Source: an uncultured Chloroflexia bacterium (lineage in GTDB: Bacteria > Chloroflexota > Limnocylindria > Limnocylindrales > CSP1-4). Taken from it: 64,000 bases of DNA. The stretch lies in NCBI GenBank assembly GCA_963707215.1, contig CAVPPB010000003.1, positions 416,001-480,000 on the forward strand, given 5' to 3'. Both the position numbers and the translations under genes were made by a program. Below the pieces are notes generated by a model. It saw only the letters and a program-made list of their open reading frames with translations, did not search any database and was not told the origin of the DNA. Of this stretch, positions 41,322-49,539 are shown piece after piece (position 1 is the first letter of the stretch; every line of letters begins with the position of its first letter).

Positions 41322-42182
41322 ATGAGCGGCGGGACCCCGCAGGGCGGCCGGATCGTCATCGAGGAGCAGCTCGGGATCGAGCGGCACGACCCGATCGTCG
41401 ATGCGATCGCCGCCCAGCGACGTCGGCAGACCGCGCGGTTCCGGTTGACCGTGCTGATCACCTGGCTGGTGCTGATCAGCCTGATGGTCGGGGGGCTGTT
41501 CGCGGCCGGCAAGATCGATCTCGAGTTCCTCGGTGAGTGGTGGACCTACATCCTCACCGGGGCCTGGCTCACGATCGGCGTCTCGGCAGCTTCGATCGCG
41601 GTCGCCGTCGTCTTCGCTCTGCTCGGGGCGATGGGACGGCTCTCCGGCAACCCGGTGATCTACGGCCTGGCGAGCTTCTACGTCTCCCTGGTCCGGGGGA
41701 CGCCGCTGATCGTCCAGATCCTCTTCATCTTCCTGGCCCTGCCGCAGATCTGGAAGGGTTTCGCCGGGATCCCGGTGGTCGTCCTCGGGGTCTTCGCCCT
41801 GGCCTTCAACTACGGCGCCTACATGACCGAGGTCTTCCGGGCCGGCATCCAGGCCGTTCCGCGCGGCCAGCTCGAGGCAGCCGCGGCCCTCGGCATGCCA
41901 GGTCGGCTGCGCATGCAGCGGATCGTCCTGCCGCAGGCCATCCGGATCGTCATCCCGGCCATCGGCAACGAGTTCATCGCGATGATCAAGGACTCGGCAT
42001 TGGTGGCCTACATGGGCGTCCAGGAGCTTCTGTGGCGCGCCCAGCGCATCGGTCAGTCGAACTTCCGGACCCTCGAGACCCTGCTCCTGGCGGCCCTCGT
42101 GTACTGGGCCCTGACGATCGTCTTCTCGATCATCCAGGACCGACTCGAGAAGCGGATGGCCCAGAGCGACGTGAGGATCTGA
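41322..42182 (+). CDS. Polar amino acid ABC transporter permease
   Basis: RGTPLIVQ, AYMTEVFRAGIQAVPRGQLEAA.ALGM, LPQA, NEFI..IKDSAL. Confidence 0.95.
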   Translation: MSGGTPQGGRIVIEEQLGIERHDPIVDAIAAQRRRQTARFRLTVLITWLVLISLMVGGLFAAGKIDLEFLGEWWTYILTGAWLTIGVSAASIAVAVVFALLGAMGRLSGNPVIYGLASFYVSLVRGTPLIVQILFIFLALPQIWKGFAGIPVVVLGVFALAFNYGAYMTEVFRAGIQAVPRGQLEAAAALGMPGRLRMQRIVLPQAIRIVIPAIGNEFIAMIKDSALVAYMGVQELLWRAQRIGQSNFRTLETLLLAALVYWALTIVFSIIQDRLEKRMAQSDVRI

Positions 42183-42183
42183 C

Positions 42184-43023
42184 ATGACGACCGAGACCCA
42201 CGCCCGCGACCTCCGGGACGCCTATGCGACCCCGGGCCAGCTCGTCCCCCCTGGGGCGGAGCCCATCGTCCGCCTGCTCGGGGTCCAGAAGTGGTTCGGG
42301 ACGAACCATGTGCTCCGCGGCTGCACGCTCGAGGTCTACCCGCGGGAGACCATCTGCCTCATCGGCCGGTCCGGATCCGGCAAGAGCACGCTGCTCCGTT
42401 GCGCCAACTTCCTCGAGGAGCCCACCAAGGGCGTCGTCGAGATCGCCGGGATCACCGTTGAAGCGGACCCGCTCGGGAGCCGCAGCCGCGGCCATCGTGA
42501 GCAGATCCGACAGATCCGACTCAGCGCCCAGATGGTCTTCCAGGAGTTCAACCTCTTCCCCCACATGCGGGTCATCGACAACCTCATCGAGGCACCCATC
42601 CGGGTCAAGGGGGTGCCCCGCAACCAGGCGATCGCCACGGCCGAGAAGTACCTGGACAAGGTCGGCATGATCGAGAAGCGGGACGAGTGGCCTGCACGCC
42701 TGTCGGGTGGCCAGAAGCAGCGGGTCGCCATCGCCCGGGCCCTGACTATGGAGCCCGAGGTCCTCCTCTTCGACGAACCGACCAGCGCGCTGGACCCGGA
42801 GCTCGTGGGCGAGGTCCTCAAGGTCATGTCGGAGCTCGCCCACGAGGGGGCGACGATGATCGTCGTGACCCACGAGATGGCCTTCGCCAGCGAGGCCGCC
42901 GACCGCGTCTACTACATCGACGAAGGCGTCTTCGTCGAAGCAGGTCCACCCGAGCAGGTGCTCGGCGCGCCACAGGACGAGCGCACCCAGCGGTTCCTCA
43001 AGCGGCTGCTTGACAAGGTCTAG
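42184..43023 (+). CDS. Polar amino acid ABC transporter ATP-binding protein (GlnQ-like)
   Basis: GRSGSGKST, MVFQEFNLFPH, LSGGQKQRVAIARAL, LFDEPTSALDPE, VTHEM. Confidence 0.96.
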   Translation: MTTETHARDLRDAYATPGQLVPPGAEPIVRLLGVQKWFGTNHVLRGCTLEVYPRETICLIGRSGSGKSTLLRCANFLEEPTKGVVEIAGITVEADPLGSRSRGHREQIRQIRLSAQMVFQEFNLFPHMRVIDNLIEAPIRVKGVPRNQAIATAEKYLDKVGMIEKRDEWPARLSGGQKQRVAIARALTMEPEVLLFDEPTSALDPELVGEVLKVMSELAHEGATMIVVTHEMAFASEAADRVYYIDEGVFVEAGPPEQVLGAPQDERTQRFLKRLLDKV

Positions 43024-43097
43024 CCCGCCGCCGCGGTCCCGATGGAGAGGCCCGGCCGATCGGCCGGGCCTCGAAGCGTACGCGCGCGTGCGTGCGC

Positions 43098-43289
43098 TCA
43101 GGACCGCCGCTCCTTGCGGCGCTGGCGTGACAGGTACCAAGCGCCGATGAGCCCTGCGGCAGCACCGATGACGACCGCGATGAGGCCCTCGATGAGGAAC
43201 TCCAGGGTCCCCCCGATCTCGACGAAGTCGAGATTGAAGATGAGCATCATGACGTAGGTCACGACCGCGGTGATGAGGACGGCGTACAT
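43098..43289 (-). CDS. Small two-TM membrane protein
   Basis: MYAVLITAVVTYVMMLIF...AVVIGAAAGLIGAWYL plus basic tail; GGAGGGAG RBS. Confidence 0.65.
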   Translation of the reverse strand: MYAVLITAVVTYVMMLIFNLDFVEIGGTLEFLIEGLIAVVIGAAAGLIGAWYLSRQRRKERRS

Positions 43290-43376
43290 CCGACTCCCTC
43301 CGGACGGCGGGCGCTCGCCCGCGTGCCTCGCATCGTAGCGGTCCGTCGGAGGATCCGAGAGCGCATCGCGCGGGCT

Positions 43377-43430
43377 GGACGCTGCGCGGCCCCCGGGACG
43401 CTGCGCGGCCCCCGGGACGCTGCGCGGCCC
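43377..43430. repeat. 19-bp tandem repeat, about 2.8 copies
   Basis: GGACGCTGCGCGGCCCCCG at 43377, 43396 and 43415 (partial). Confidence 0.85.
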
Positions 43431-43644
43431 GTCACGCGCTCGGTGGCGGTCGCGACGGGCCGCTCGAGTCCCGGGTGGCCTCTCCGCCGGTTCAGCGGAC
43501 GGAGAGGACGGGCCCCCGACGGACGGGGTTCCGCGTTCGGCCTTCGGGCTCGAGACGAGCGTACGCCCCCATCGAGCGGACCAGCAATGGCCCTTCCGGC
43601 ACATTGACAGGCGCCATGCGCGAAGGGTCCTGCCGTGGCATAGG

Positions 43645-43674
43645 GAATCTGACCGGGTCGTCCCGGTCAGATTC
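43645..43674. promoter_or_regulatory. 13-bp perfect inverted repeat upstream of the DNA methyltransferase
   Basis: GAATCTGACCGGG-TCGT-CCCGGTCAGATTC followed by TACGCT (-10-like) at 43681. Confidence 0.5.
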
Positions 43675-43739
43675 GGATGCTACGCTCCGCGGCCCGTGCG
43701 TCAGAGCCCACCGACGCCGCCCGAGGTCCGCCCTTCCGG

Positions 43740-45149
43740 ATGTCGCGACCCGCCCTGAGAGCCGAACCGGCTCCGGCCACCGCCCGGCAGCTCAGCCTCG
43801 GCCTGCCCCACGGCCTGCCCAGGCTCGCGATCGACCCCGACTGGGGAGACCAGCCACGCCTCTGGGGACACAGCCGGCATCCCCTCTGCTCGTATCTGGC
43901 CAGCTTCCCGGCTGCCCTGGCGCATGCCTTCATCGCCCGCTACTCCAGACCCGGCGACGTCGTGATGGACCCGTTCTCCGGTCGCGGGACCGCGCCCCTC
44001 CAGGCGGCCGTGGAGGGGCGGATCGGCGTCGGGAACGACCTCAATCCCCTGGCCCATCTCCTCACGGCCGCCAAGATCGAACCGGCGTCCCGGGCCGAGC
44101 ACGCGACCCGCCTTGCGGTGCTCCGGCTGGGCTACGGGCGGACCGCTGACGAGTGGACGGCGTTGGCCGGCCGCGTCGTGGCCGATCCCGCAGCCGCGCA
44201 CGCCCTCGTCCCGGCTGCCGGCTCGCGGGGTGGGCCGGATGATGGGACCGAGCCCGTGCCGGCGGAGGTCGCCCTGTCCTTCGATGCGTGGACGCTCGGC
44301 CAGGTCCTTGCCCTTCGGTCGGCGCTCGATCTCGACGACCGCGTCGACCGGTCCCTGGCCGCGACGGTCGCCGGGATCCTCCACGGCAAGACGTCCGGCT
44401 ACCTGACGACCCTGATGCCGAACACATTCAGCATGGCCCCCGGATACGTCCGCCGGTTCGCCGCGACGACCGGGTACGAGGCTCCTCGACGCGATGCGTT
44501 CGCCCTGCTCGAGGCGAAGCTGGGCCGGCTCCACCGTGACCCGCTGCCGGCTACCCCTGGGCTCGCCCTCTCGGGCGACGCCCGCGACGCTGGCGGGCGG
44601 GCGGCAGCCGCCCTCCGGGCTCGAGGCCTCCCGGAACGGGTCCGGCTGGTCCTGACCTCGCCGCCGTACCTGCGTGTGCTCAAGTACGGCTACTACAACT
44701 GGCTCCGGACGTGGTTCCTCGGCTATGACAGCCGAGCCATCGACGCGGCCCTCGACGACGCCCACCGCCGCGTCCCGTACCTCGCCTTCCTGGGAGACGT
44801 CCTCGCCGGCCTGCGACCGGCCCTGACCGATGACGCGATCGTGGTCCTGGTCATCGGCGACGTCGAGACGGACCGCGGCCGGCGGAGCCGGGATGGGTTC
44901 GGGCTGGCCGAGGCGGTCTGGGAGGAGGCCGCCGCTCCGACCGGATACGCCCTGGCGGGCATCGCCCGCGACCGCGTCAAGGCCTCGCGGAAGGTGACCC
45001 GGGTCTGGGGGCGGGAGGCTGGTCGAGCGACCTCGACCGACGCCATCCTAGTGCTCGGGGCGACCGAGATCGGTCGACGTCGGGCCCTGGACGGGGCCGC
45101 GGTGCCAGTCGACTGGCGTTGGCCCCCGCACGGCCCCAGGATCGCCTGA
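43740..45149 (+). CDS. Orphan amino-DNA methyltransferase (SPPY, probably N4-cytosine)
   Basis: H..CSY.ASFP, VMDPFSGRGT (motif I), GNDLNP, GDAR, LVLTSPPY (motif IV), VLVIGD. Confidence 0.88.
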   Translation: MSRPALRAEPAPATARQLSLGLPHGLPRLAIDPDWGDQPRLWGHSRHPLCSYLASFPAALAHAFIARYSRPGDVVMDPFSGRGTAPLQAAVEGRIGVGNDLNPLAHLLTAAKIEPASRAEHATRLAVLRLGYGRTADEWTALAGRVVADPAAAHALVPAAGSRGGPDDGTEPVPAEVALSFDAWTLGQVLALRSALDLDDRVDRSLAATVAGILHGKTSGYLTTLMPNTFSMAPGYVRRFAATTGYEAPRRDAFALLEAKLGRLHRDPLPATPGLALSGDARDAGGRAAAALRARGLPERVRLVLTSPPYLRVLKYGYYNWLRTWFLGYDSRAIDAALDDAHRRVPYLAFLGDVLAGLRPALTDDAIVVLVIGDVETDRGRRSRDGFGLAEAVWEEAAAPTGYALAGIARDRVKASRKVTRVWGREAGRATSTDAILVLGATEIGRRRALDGAAVPVDWRWPPHGPRIA

Positions 45150-45268
45150 TGAGACGGATCGCGACCCCGAGACTTGCGGGAGACGATGCACCGACGGGCA
45201 TCCTCGGTCGGGCGCCGAGCCCGGGAGACGACGCGTCGGGGGCCCTCTGGTCGCGGTACGATGCGCGC

Positions 45269-45496
45269 ATGAAGCCGATGTATCAGCCGTCCGATCTGGC
45301 GGCGATGGATCCACTCGTGCTCATGAAGAACCTCGACCACGTCCGGATGACGAGCCGACGCCTGAGCTACATCCTCCAGGGGCAGGTCCACCTCTACACT
45401 CCGGAGGCGAACCAGCTCCGCGAGCAGATCGATACCTACGTGGAGGCCGAGCGCCAGATCGAGGGCGAAATGGCCCGACGGAGGATCCGGGCCTGA
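45269..45496 (+). CDS. Small helical hypothetical protein
   Basis: MKPMYQPSDL...ERQIEGEMARR; coding-like codon usage; TACGAT 6 nt before ATG. Confidence 0.7.
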   Translation: MKPMYQPSDLAAMDPLVLMKNLDHVRMTSRRLSYILQGQVHLYTPEANQLREQIDTYVEAERQIEGEMARRRIRA

Positions 45497-45593
45497 CCCC
45501 GGCGATCTGAAGCGCCTGATCGGTCGAAGTCACTGCGACCCCCTCGATGCGCGCGGGGGTCGTCCCATGTCTGCCGAGGGTCGGCGTCGACCG

Positions 45594-45953
45594 TCAGCCG
45601 GCGACCACCACCACCCGGAGATCCGGGCCGTCGACGTCGCGGACTACCTCCTCGACCGCGGGTCCGCGACCCCGACGGCGGCCTCGGTCCAGGGTCGTCC
45701 GGCGGGTCTCCTGCTCCTCGGCCACCACGCGGCGGACGAGCGACGCCAGCGCCGGCAGCTCGAACAGGCCGAAACCGATCCCGTTCCGAGCGAGCTCGTC
45801 GGGTCCCCACCCCCGGAAAGCTCCCCGGCTCGAGACGGCGCACATCTCGTCATAGAGGTCCGGCCAGCCGACGGACCGCCGGCGGTAGCAGAAACGAACG
45901 AACTCGGCAGCATCGTCGGTCAGCGGATCGGCCGCAGGCAGCCGGGGATCCAT
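45594..45953 (-). CDS. Hypothetical protein
   Basis: EFVRFCYRRR..GWPDLYDEMCAV..RG.FRGWG..EL...GI.F; AGGAGGA RBS. Confidence 0.7.
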   Translation of the reverse strand: MDPRLPAADPLTDDAAEFVRFCYRRRSVGWPDLYDEMCAVSSRGAFRGWGPDELARNGIGFGLFELPALASLVRRVVAEEQETRRTTLDRGRRRGRGPAVEEVVRDVDGPDLRVVVVAG

Positions 45954-46137
45954 CGATCGGGGTCCTCCTGTCCCTCTCACGCGCTCAAGGTCGGGTCGCG
46001 CGGGGCGCGCACGACCGCGACCGTCGAGATGGGGACGGTGCCGCGGCCAGGCGTCGCGCCCGACCTACCTTCGGTCCGATGCCCGGCGGAACCGTTCGTC
46101 AGATGGTAGGCCAAACCGCCGGAGTCGTGGAGGGGGT

Positions 46138-46170
46138 TCGTCCACGAACTTGTCCACCAAGTTGTCCACA
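46138..46170 (+). promoter_or_regulatory. Three tandem DnaA-box-like 9-mers with 12-bp period
   Basis: TCGTCCACG (46138), TTGTCCACC (46150), TTGTCCACA (46162). Confidence 0.65.
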
Positions 46171-46209
46171 TGGAACGGGCGTTCGGGCCGCCTGTCGGCG
46201 CCCGACCGC

Positions 46210-47310
46210 TCAGGGCCGCCGCTCGACACCCAGGCCGGGCCGATCGGAGAGGATCCAGCGGTGGTCATCGTCGAGCTCCAGTCCCTCGAACGGGTCGTCG
46301 GCCAACAGCAGACAGCCGTCGAGGTCGACCCATTCGGCCAGCGCGGCGACGGCGGCCGAGCCGGCGATGCCGACCGACGTCTCCTCCATGCAGCCGAGGA
46401 AGGTCCGGAAGCCGAGCTCACGCGCCCGGCCGAGCATCCGCCGGGCCGGTTCGATGCCGCCGCACTTGGCGAGCTTGACGTTGATGCCGTCGACGACGCC
46501 GACGAGCCCCTCGAGATCCTCGAGGGCCACCGCGCTCTCGTCGGCCACGATCGGCAGGGGCGAGCGTTCCTGGAGCCGGGCGAGCTGGTCCAGCCGCCGG
46601 GCCGGGAAGGGCTGCTCGATGAGCTCGACCCCAAGGCGGACCAACTCGGGCACGAGGCGCTCGGCGTCATCGGGATCCCAGCCTGTGTTGGCGTCGACCC
46701 GGATCGGTCCGTCGTAGACGGCCCTGACGGCCTCAAGGGTCCGCAGGTCGTCGGGCCCGCCGACCTTGATCTTGAGGGCGGGGAAGGCGGCCGCGCGACG
46801 GGCCCGCTCGGCGACGACCCCCGGCGCGTCGATACCGAGCGTGAAGTCGGTCGGGGGGATCGTGGCCGGGAGGTCGATCAGCCGATGGACCGGCAACCCC
46901 GTCAGGCGGCCGGCCAGATCGTGGAGGGCGATGTCGAGCGCGCACCTCGCTGCCCCGTGGCCGCGGATGGTCTCGTCGAAGGCATCGGTCGACGCGGCCA
47001 GGCCCGCCCGAGAGGTCACCGCATCGGTCGAGAGGACGCGTCCGTCCACCCGATCGAGGAGGTCCGGCAGCACGGCCGCCATCGTCGCCGGTGTCTCCCC
47101 GTAGTAGTGGTCCGGGTAGCCCTCGCCGAGCCCTTGCAGGCCGGGCCGATCCGGATGCTCGAGCTCGACCACGACGGTCGTGATCCAGCGACCGGCCCCG
47201 TGGCTTGCCCGGGCGATGACGAACGGGTCGCGGAGGTCCAGTCGCAGGATCTGCCAGTGGAGCCGCCAGCCGGCGGCCACCTCGACCTGGCCCGACCGCT
47301 CGGTCCTCAC
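46210..47310 (-). CDS. Enolase-superfamily dipeptide epimerase / N-acetyl-amino acid racemase
   Basis: PFVIAR, GLGE..P..YYGET, LKIKVG, RVDANTGW, IEQP, ADES, NVKLAKCGG, GCMEE, VDLDG. Confidence 0.9.
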   Translation of the reverse strand: MRTERSGQVEVAAGWRLHWQILRLDLRDPFVIARASHGAGRWITTVVVELEHPDRPGLQGLGEGYPDHYYGETPATMAAVLPDLLDRVDGRVLSTDAVTSRAGLAASTDAFDETIRGHGAARCALDIALHDLAGRLTGLPVHRLIDLPATIPPTDFTLGIDAPGVVAERARRAAAFPALKIKVGGPDDLRTLEAVRAVYDGPIRVDANTGWDPDDAERLVPELVRLGVELIEQPFPARRLDQLARLQERSPLPIVADESAVALEDLEGLVGVVDGINVKLAKCGGIEPARRMLGRARELGFRTFLGCMEETSVGIAGSAAVAALAEWVDLDGCLLLADDPFEGLELDDDHRWILSDRPGLGVERRP

Positions 47311-48410
47311 CGGGCCGGCCCCGGATCGACCCAGGGCAGTGCGTCCACGGCCGAGCGGACCCGGGCCCAGAGGTCGGCCCCGCCGAAGCGGACAGGGTCG
47401 TCGCACGGCAGCCCCGTCAGCTCGGCCGTCTCGCCGATCGCCTGACGGGCCGCCCCCGGATCGGGCAGGAGAGACGTATTCACGGCCACGGCGACGACCC
47501 TCGACGGGGCGACCAGCCCGGCCACCCGCTCGTGGAGGTCGATGAACGACGGGAGGTCGGCGATGGGGAAGCGCTGGTCGGGCAGGTGCTCGAAGTCATG
47601 GTCCTCGAGCCCTGGCTTGTGCACCATGATCATGGCCTGCGGCGCACAGCCGTGGATGAGACCGAGGGTCACCGACGAGTAGGCCGGATGGTCGAGCGAG
47701 CCCTGGCCCTCCACCAGGAGCCAATCGCCGCGGGCCTCGCCCTCCTCCACGAGCCACTCGCAGGTGCCCTGGACGAAGTCGGCGACGAGCCGGTCCACGG
47801 CGACCCCCCAGCCCTCGATCATCATGCCCGTCTGGCCGGTCGGCACGAACGTGGCGGCGTCGCCGGCGTCGAGGGCCGCACGACGCAGGTCGAGGGCGAC
47901 CGACATCTTGCCGATGGCGCAATCGGTGCCGACCGTCAGGATCACCCGCTTGCCTGGTCCGTGCCGGCGCCCGACCGCGGTCTCCATCCGGGCCGGCGGT
48001 CGCCGGTAGTCGATGATGGCGACACCCCGCCGGATCGCGGCGGCAGCCAATTCGGGATCATCGCCCAGGAACGTGTGGAGACCGGAATGGATCTCCAGGC
48101 CGGCATCGATCGCCTGGAGCACCAGCGACCGCCACGATTCCGGCAAGCGGCCGCCCGTCGGAGCGATCCCGATGAGCAGCGCCGTCGGGGTAGGCGTCGA
48201 GGCCAGAGCCTCGTCGAGCGAGGCGAGGACCGGCACCCGGAACCGTTCGCCGCCGAGGCCGAGTGCCTCTCCGGCGGTCATCCCGGCTCGCTCGGAGTCG
48301 AGCACCGCGACGACCGGGTCGGTCCCGTAGCGCATGACGCCGACGGCTGTCTTGGCGTCGTGGACGCGGAGGTTCCCCTCGGCCAGGATGACCAGCCGAC
48401 GCTCGGTCAC
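47307..48410 (-). CDS. DUF1611 family protein (DgcN-like N-acetyltransferase)
   Basis: AKTAVG..RY, IGIAP.GG.LP, SGLH, TVGTDCAIGKM, TGQTG, VEGQGSL.HP.YS.VT.GL.HG. Confidence 0.9.
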   Translation of the reverse strand: MTERRLVILAEGNLRVHDAKTAVGVMRYGTDPVVAVLDSERAGMTAGEALGLGGERFRVPVLASLDEALASTPTPTALLIGIAPTGGRLPESWRSLVLQAIDAGLEIHSGLHTFLGDDPELAAAAIRRGVAIIDYRRPPARMETAVGRRHGPGKRVILTVGTDCAIGKMSVALDLRRAALDAGDAATFVPTGQTGMMIEGWGVAVDRLVADFVQGTCEWLVEEGEARGDWLLVEGQGSLDHPAYSSVTLGLIHGCAPQAMIMVHKPGLEDHDFEHLPDQRFPIADLPSFIDLHERVAGLVAPSRVVAVAVNTSLLPDPGAARQAIGETAELTGLPCDDPVRFGGADLWARVRSAVDALPWVDPGPAR

Positions 48411-48432
48411 GACCGCCTCCTCGGGTAGGAGA

Positions 48433-48460
48433 ACGCCCCCGGGGCGCGGTCCGGGGGCGT
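48433..48460 (-). terminator. Hairpin downstream of tRNA-Glu
   Basis: ACGCCCCCGG/CCGGGGGCGT 10-bp stem followed by pyrimidines on the minus strand. Confidence 0.5.
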
Positions 48461-48470
48461 CGGGATGTGC

Positions 48471-48547
48471 TGGTACCGCATACCGGATTCGAACCGGTGA
48501 TCTCCGCCTTGAGAGGGCGGTGTCCTAGGCCTCTAGACGAATGCGGC
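48471..48547 (-). tRNA. tRNA-Glu(CTC)
   Basis: GCCGCAT acceptor stem, CCGCC-CTCTCAA-GGCGG anticodon arm, GGTTCGAATCC, CCA. Confidence 0.96.
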
Positions 48548-48630
48548 TCGGCTGTCCGGACACGGGGTCGGGACGGCCGGGATGATAGCAAGGGCCCCGC
48601 TCGACGGTCAACGACCCGTGCCTGGCACGC

Positions 48631-49536
48631 TCAGAGCCGGTGCGCCTCCAGGAACGCCCTGACCGCCTCTGCGACCTGGAGGTAGCTCTGCTCGCCAAGG
48701 ATCAGGCCGTAGTGGGAATGCGCCCCGAACGGCTCGTACTCTGCCCCCAGCCACTCGGCCAGACGCTCCGACGAGCCCTCGGGCACGTAGCGGTCGAGGC
48801 CGGCCCCGATGACCAGCCGTGGTATCGCGGAGATCGCCCGGCGATCCACGCTGACCCCGCCGAGGACCTGACGCCGGGCCCGGCCCGATTCGTGGGGCTT
48901 CTGCCCGAGTAGGTGCTGCACGCGCAGCACGTCGTCGAGGGTGAGGTCGCGATGGTCGCGGAGCAGGCGCTCGGGCAGCGTCGACCAGCCGATGAGCGCC
49001 CGGCCGTAGACATCCGGCACTTCGCGTAGCTGGTGCGGGCGCGCCGGGGCCCGAAGCTCCAGAGGGGGCTCGGCGCTCAGGAGGACGATCCCCGCGATCG
49101 GCAGCCGCTCGGCGGCCTTGAGGGCGAGGAGTCCACCCATACCGTGGCCCACGAGGACGGTCGAGGAGCCGAGCCGATCGATCACGGCCAGGACGTCGTC
49201 GGTGTAGGAGTCGATCGAGAGCGTCGTCGGATCGGCCGCCTGGGACCAGAAGTGGTTCCGCAGGTTGACCGCGTGGCCCTCCCAGCCACGGCCGGCGAAA
49301 TGCCGTAGCCAGCGCTCCCAGGCCCATGACCCGGCGAGCTCACCGTGGACGAAGAGGAGTGGCTTGCGTCGGGATTTGCGCTCCGGCAGCCAGGACTCGA
49401 CATAGATCCCCCGCTCGGCGAGCTCGATCTCGTCCTTCCGGACGGGTCGGGCCGGCGAGGGAGGGGCGGACGGCCGGGAGACCGACGGCTCAGTGCGCTG
49501 GCCGTTGACGGAGGACGGGTCGAGCGGGTCTGGCAT
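48631..49536 (-). CDS. Alpha/beta hydrolase fold protein (nucleophile Ser absent)
   Basis: PLLFVHG, NLRNH, VLVGHGMGG, LVIGAGLD, HSH. Confidence 0.85.
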   Translation of the reverse strand: MPDPLDPSSVNGQRTEPSVSRPSAPPSPARPVRKDEIELAERGIYVESWLPERKSRRKPLLFVHGELAGSWAWERWLRHFAGRGWEGHAVNLRNHFWSQAADPTTLSIDSYTDDVLAVIDRLGSSTVLVGHGMGGLLALKAAERLPIAGIVLLSAEPPLELRAPARPHQLREVPDVYGRALIGWSTLPERLLRDHRDLTLDDVLRVQHLLGQKPHESGRARRQVLGGVSVDRRAISAIPRLVIGAGLDRYVPEGSSERLAEWLGAEYEPFGAHSHYGLILGEQSYLQVAEAVRAFLEAHRL

Positions 49537-49539
49537 CGG

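Noticed and set aside
43377-43430. Possible CRISPR array
   Set aside because: Contiguous 19-bp tandem repeat with no spacers and no cas genes.
46100-46200. Replication origin
   Set aside because: Only three boxes, no AT-rich unwinding element, no dnaA/dnaN nearby.
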